Shown here piece after piece: positions 63,501-64,000 of a stretch of 64,000 nt of DNA. The position numbers were made by a program, and so were the translations under genes. Source of the stretch: Bugula neritina (Eukaryota > Animalia > Bryozoa); assembly GCA_964035545.1 (NCBI GenBank), contig OZ037767.1:4108707-4172706 (forward strand), written 5' to 3'. How positions within the stretch are numbered: position 1 is the first letter of the stretch; every line of letters starts with the position of its first letter. The notes beneath the pieces are model-generated. The model searched no databases. It worked only from the letters and a program-made list of their open reading frames with translations, and was not told where the DNA came from.

Positions 63501-64000
63501 ATCAGCAAATAGAGTATGTTAGTTATTACTTCTCAGTCAGTCATGCACACACATAAATCTTATAGCTATTATCAGGTGAAGCATTTCCAGTAGTAACAAA
63601 TACTGTTATTGCGAGAGTTTAGCTGACGTAAAAATGTTGTATGTTTAGAACTTGTGTATATCCACACAGAAAACCTTATTCCTTAGAATATCATTTGTAA
63701 TTGATATATACCTATACTACCATAGCACCTGGTTGATAATAACACTGTAATGAAGATTTTATGTATTTCAATTTAGATATGCTTTTGCAGAAGGATTAAT
63801 GAATAGGAGATTTTTTCAGAAATTTTTTTTCAAGTCATAAAATCGCCCTAATATTTATATATGTGGTTATTAATAGCCCTACAAATATAATGCTATGCCA
63901 ATTACTACTCCATGTTACATATACTACGACTAAAGGGGATTGCAACCAGCATATTAAATAGCAATACTTACATAACTTTCATAATTTTGTTATTTATACT

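Overview
AT-rich animal (invertebrate-type) genomic DNA with spliceosomal GT-AG introns; nothing prokaryotic, and no CRISPR array or rRNA gene. The first ~43 kb is a cluster of secreted three-domain Kunitz/BPTI genes. I could splice three intact 5-exon genes by hand: type-A copies at 9066-10859 (+) and 13096-14906 (-), and a divergent type-B gene at 39488-42434 (+). In all three, domains 1 and 2 lack the CysII-CysIV disulfide (4-Cys, conkunitzin-like) and domain 3 has the canonical 6 Cys. The two type-A genes sit tail-to-tail in the arms of a ~22 kb inverted duplication (~1.1-11.7 kb vs ~12.3-23.0 kb). Its axis falls on a (CA)n-to-(TG)n microsatellite hairpin, arm identity is patchy, and one internal segment is flipped. 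Between ~27 and 38 kb lie about 18 duplicated, scrambled, chimeric or decayed Kunitz exon fragments. Downstream on the minus strand are an SLC16/MCT-family MFS transporter gene (9 coding exons, 518 aa) and a sigma-class glutathione S-transferase gene (4 coding exons, 212 aa), plus a TTAA-flanked Kolobok-like element and SINE-like relics. Gene models come from manual reading of splice sites and frames; no database search or alignment program was run, and identity figures are by eye.
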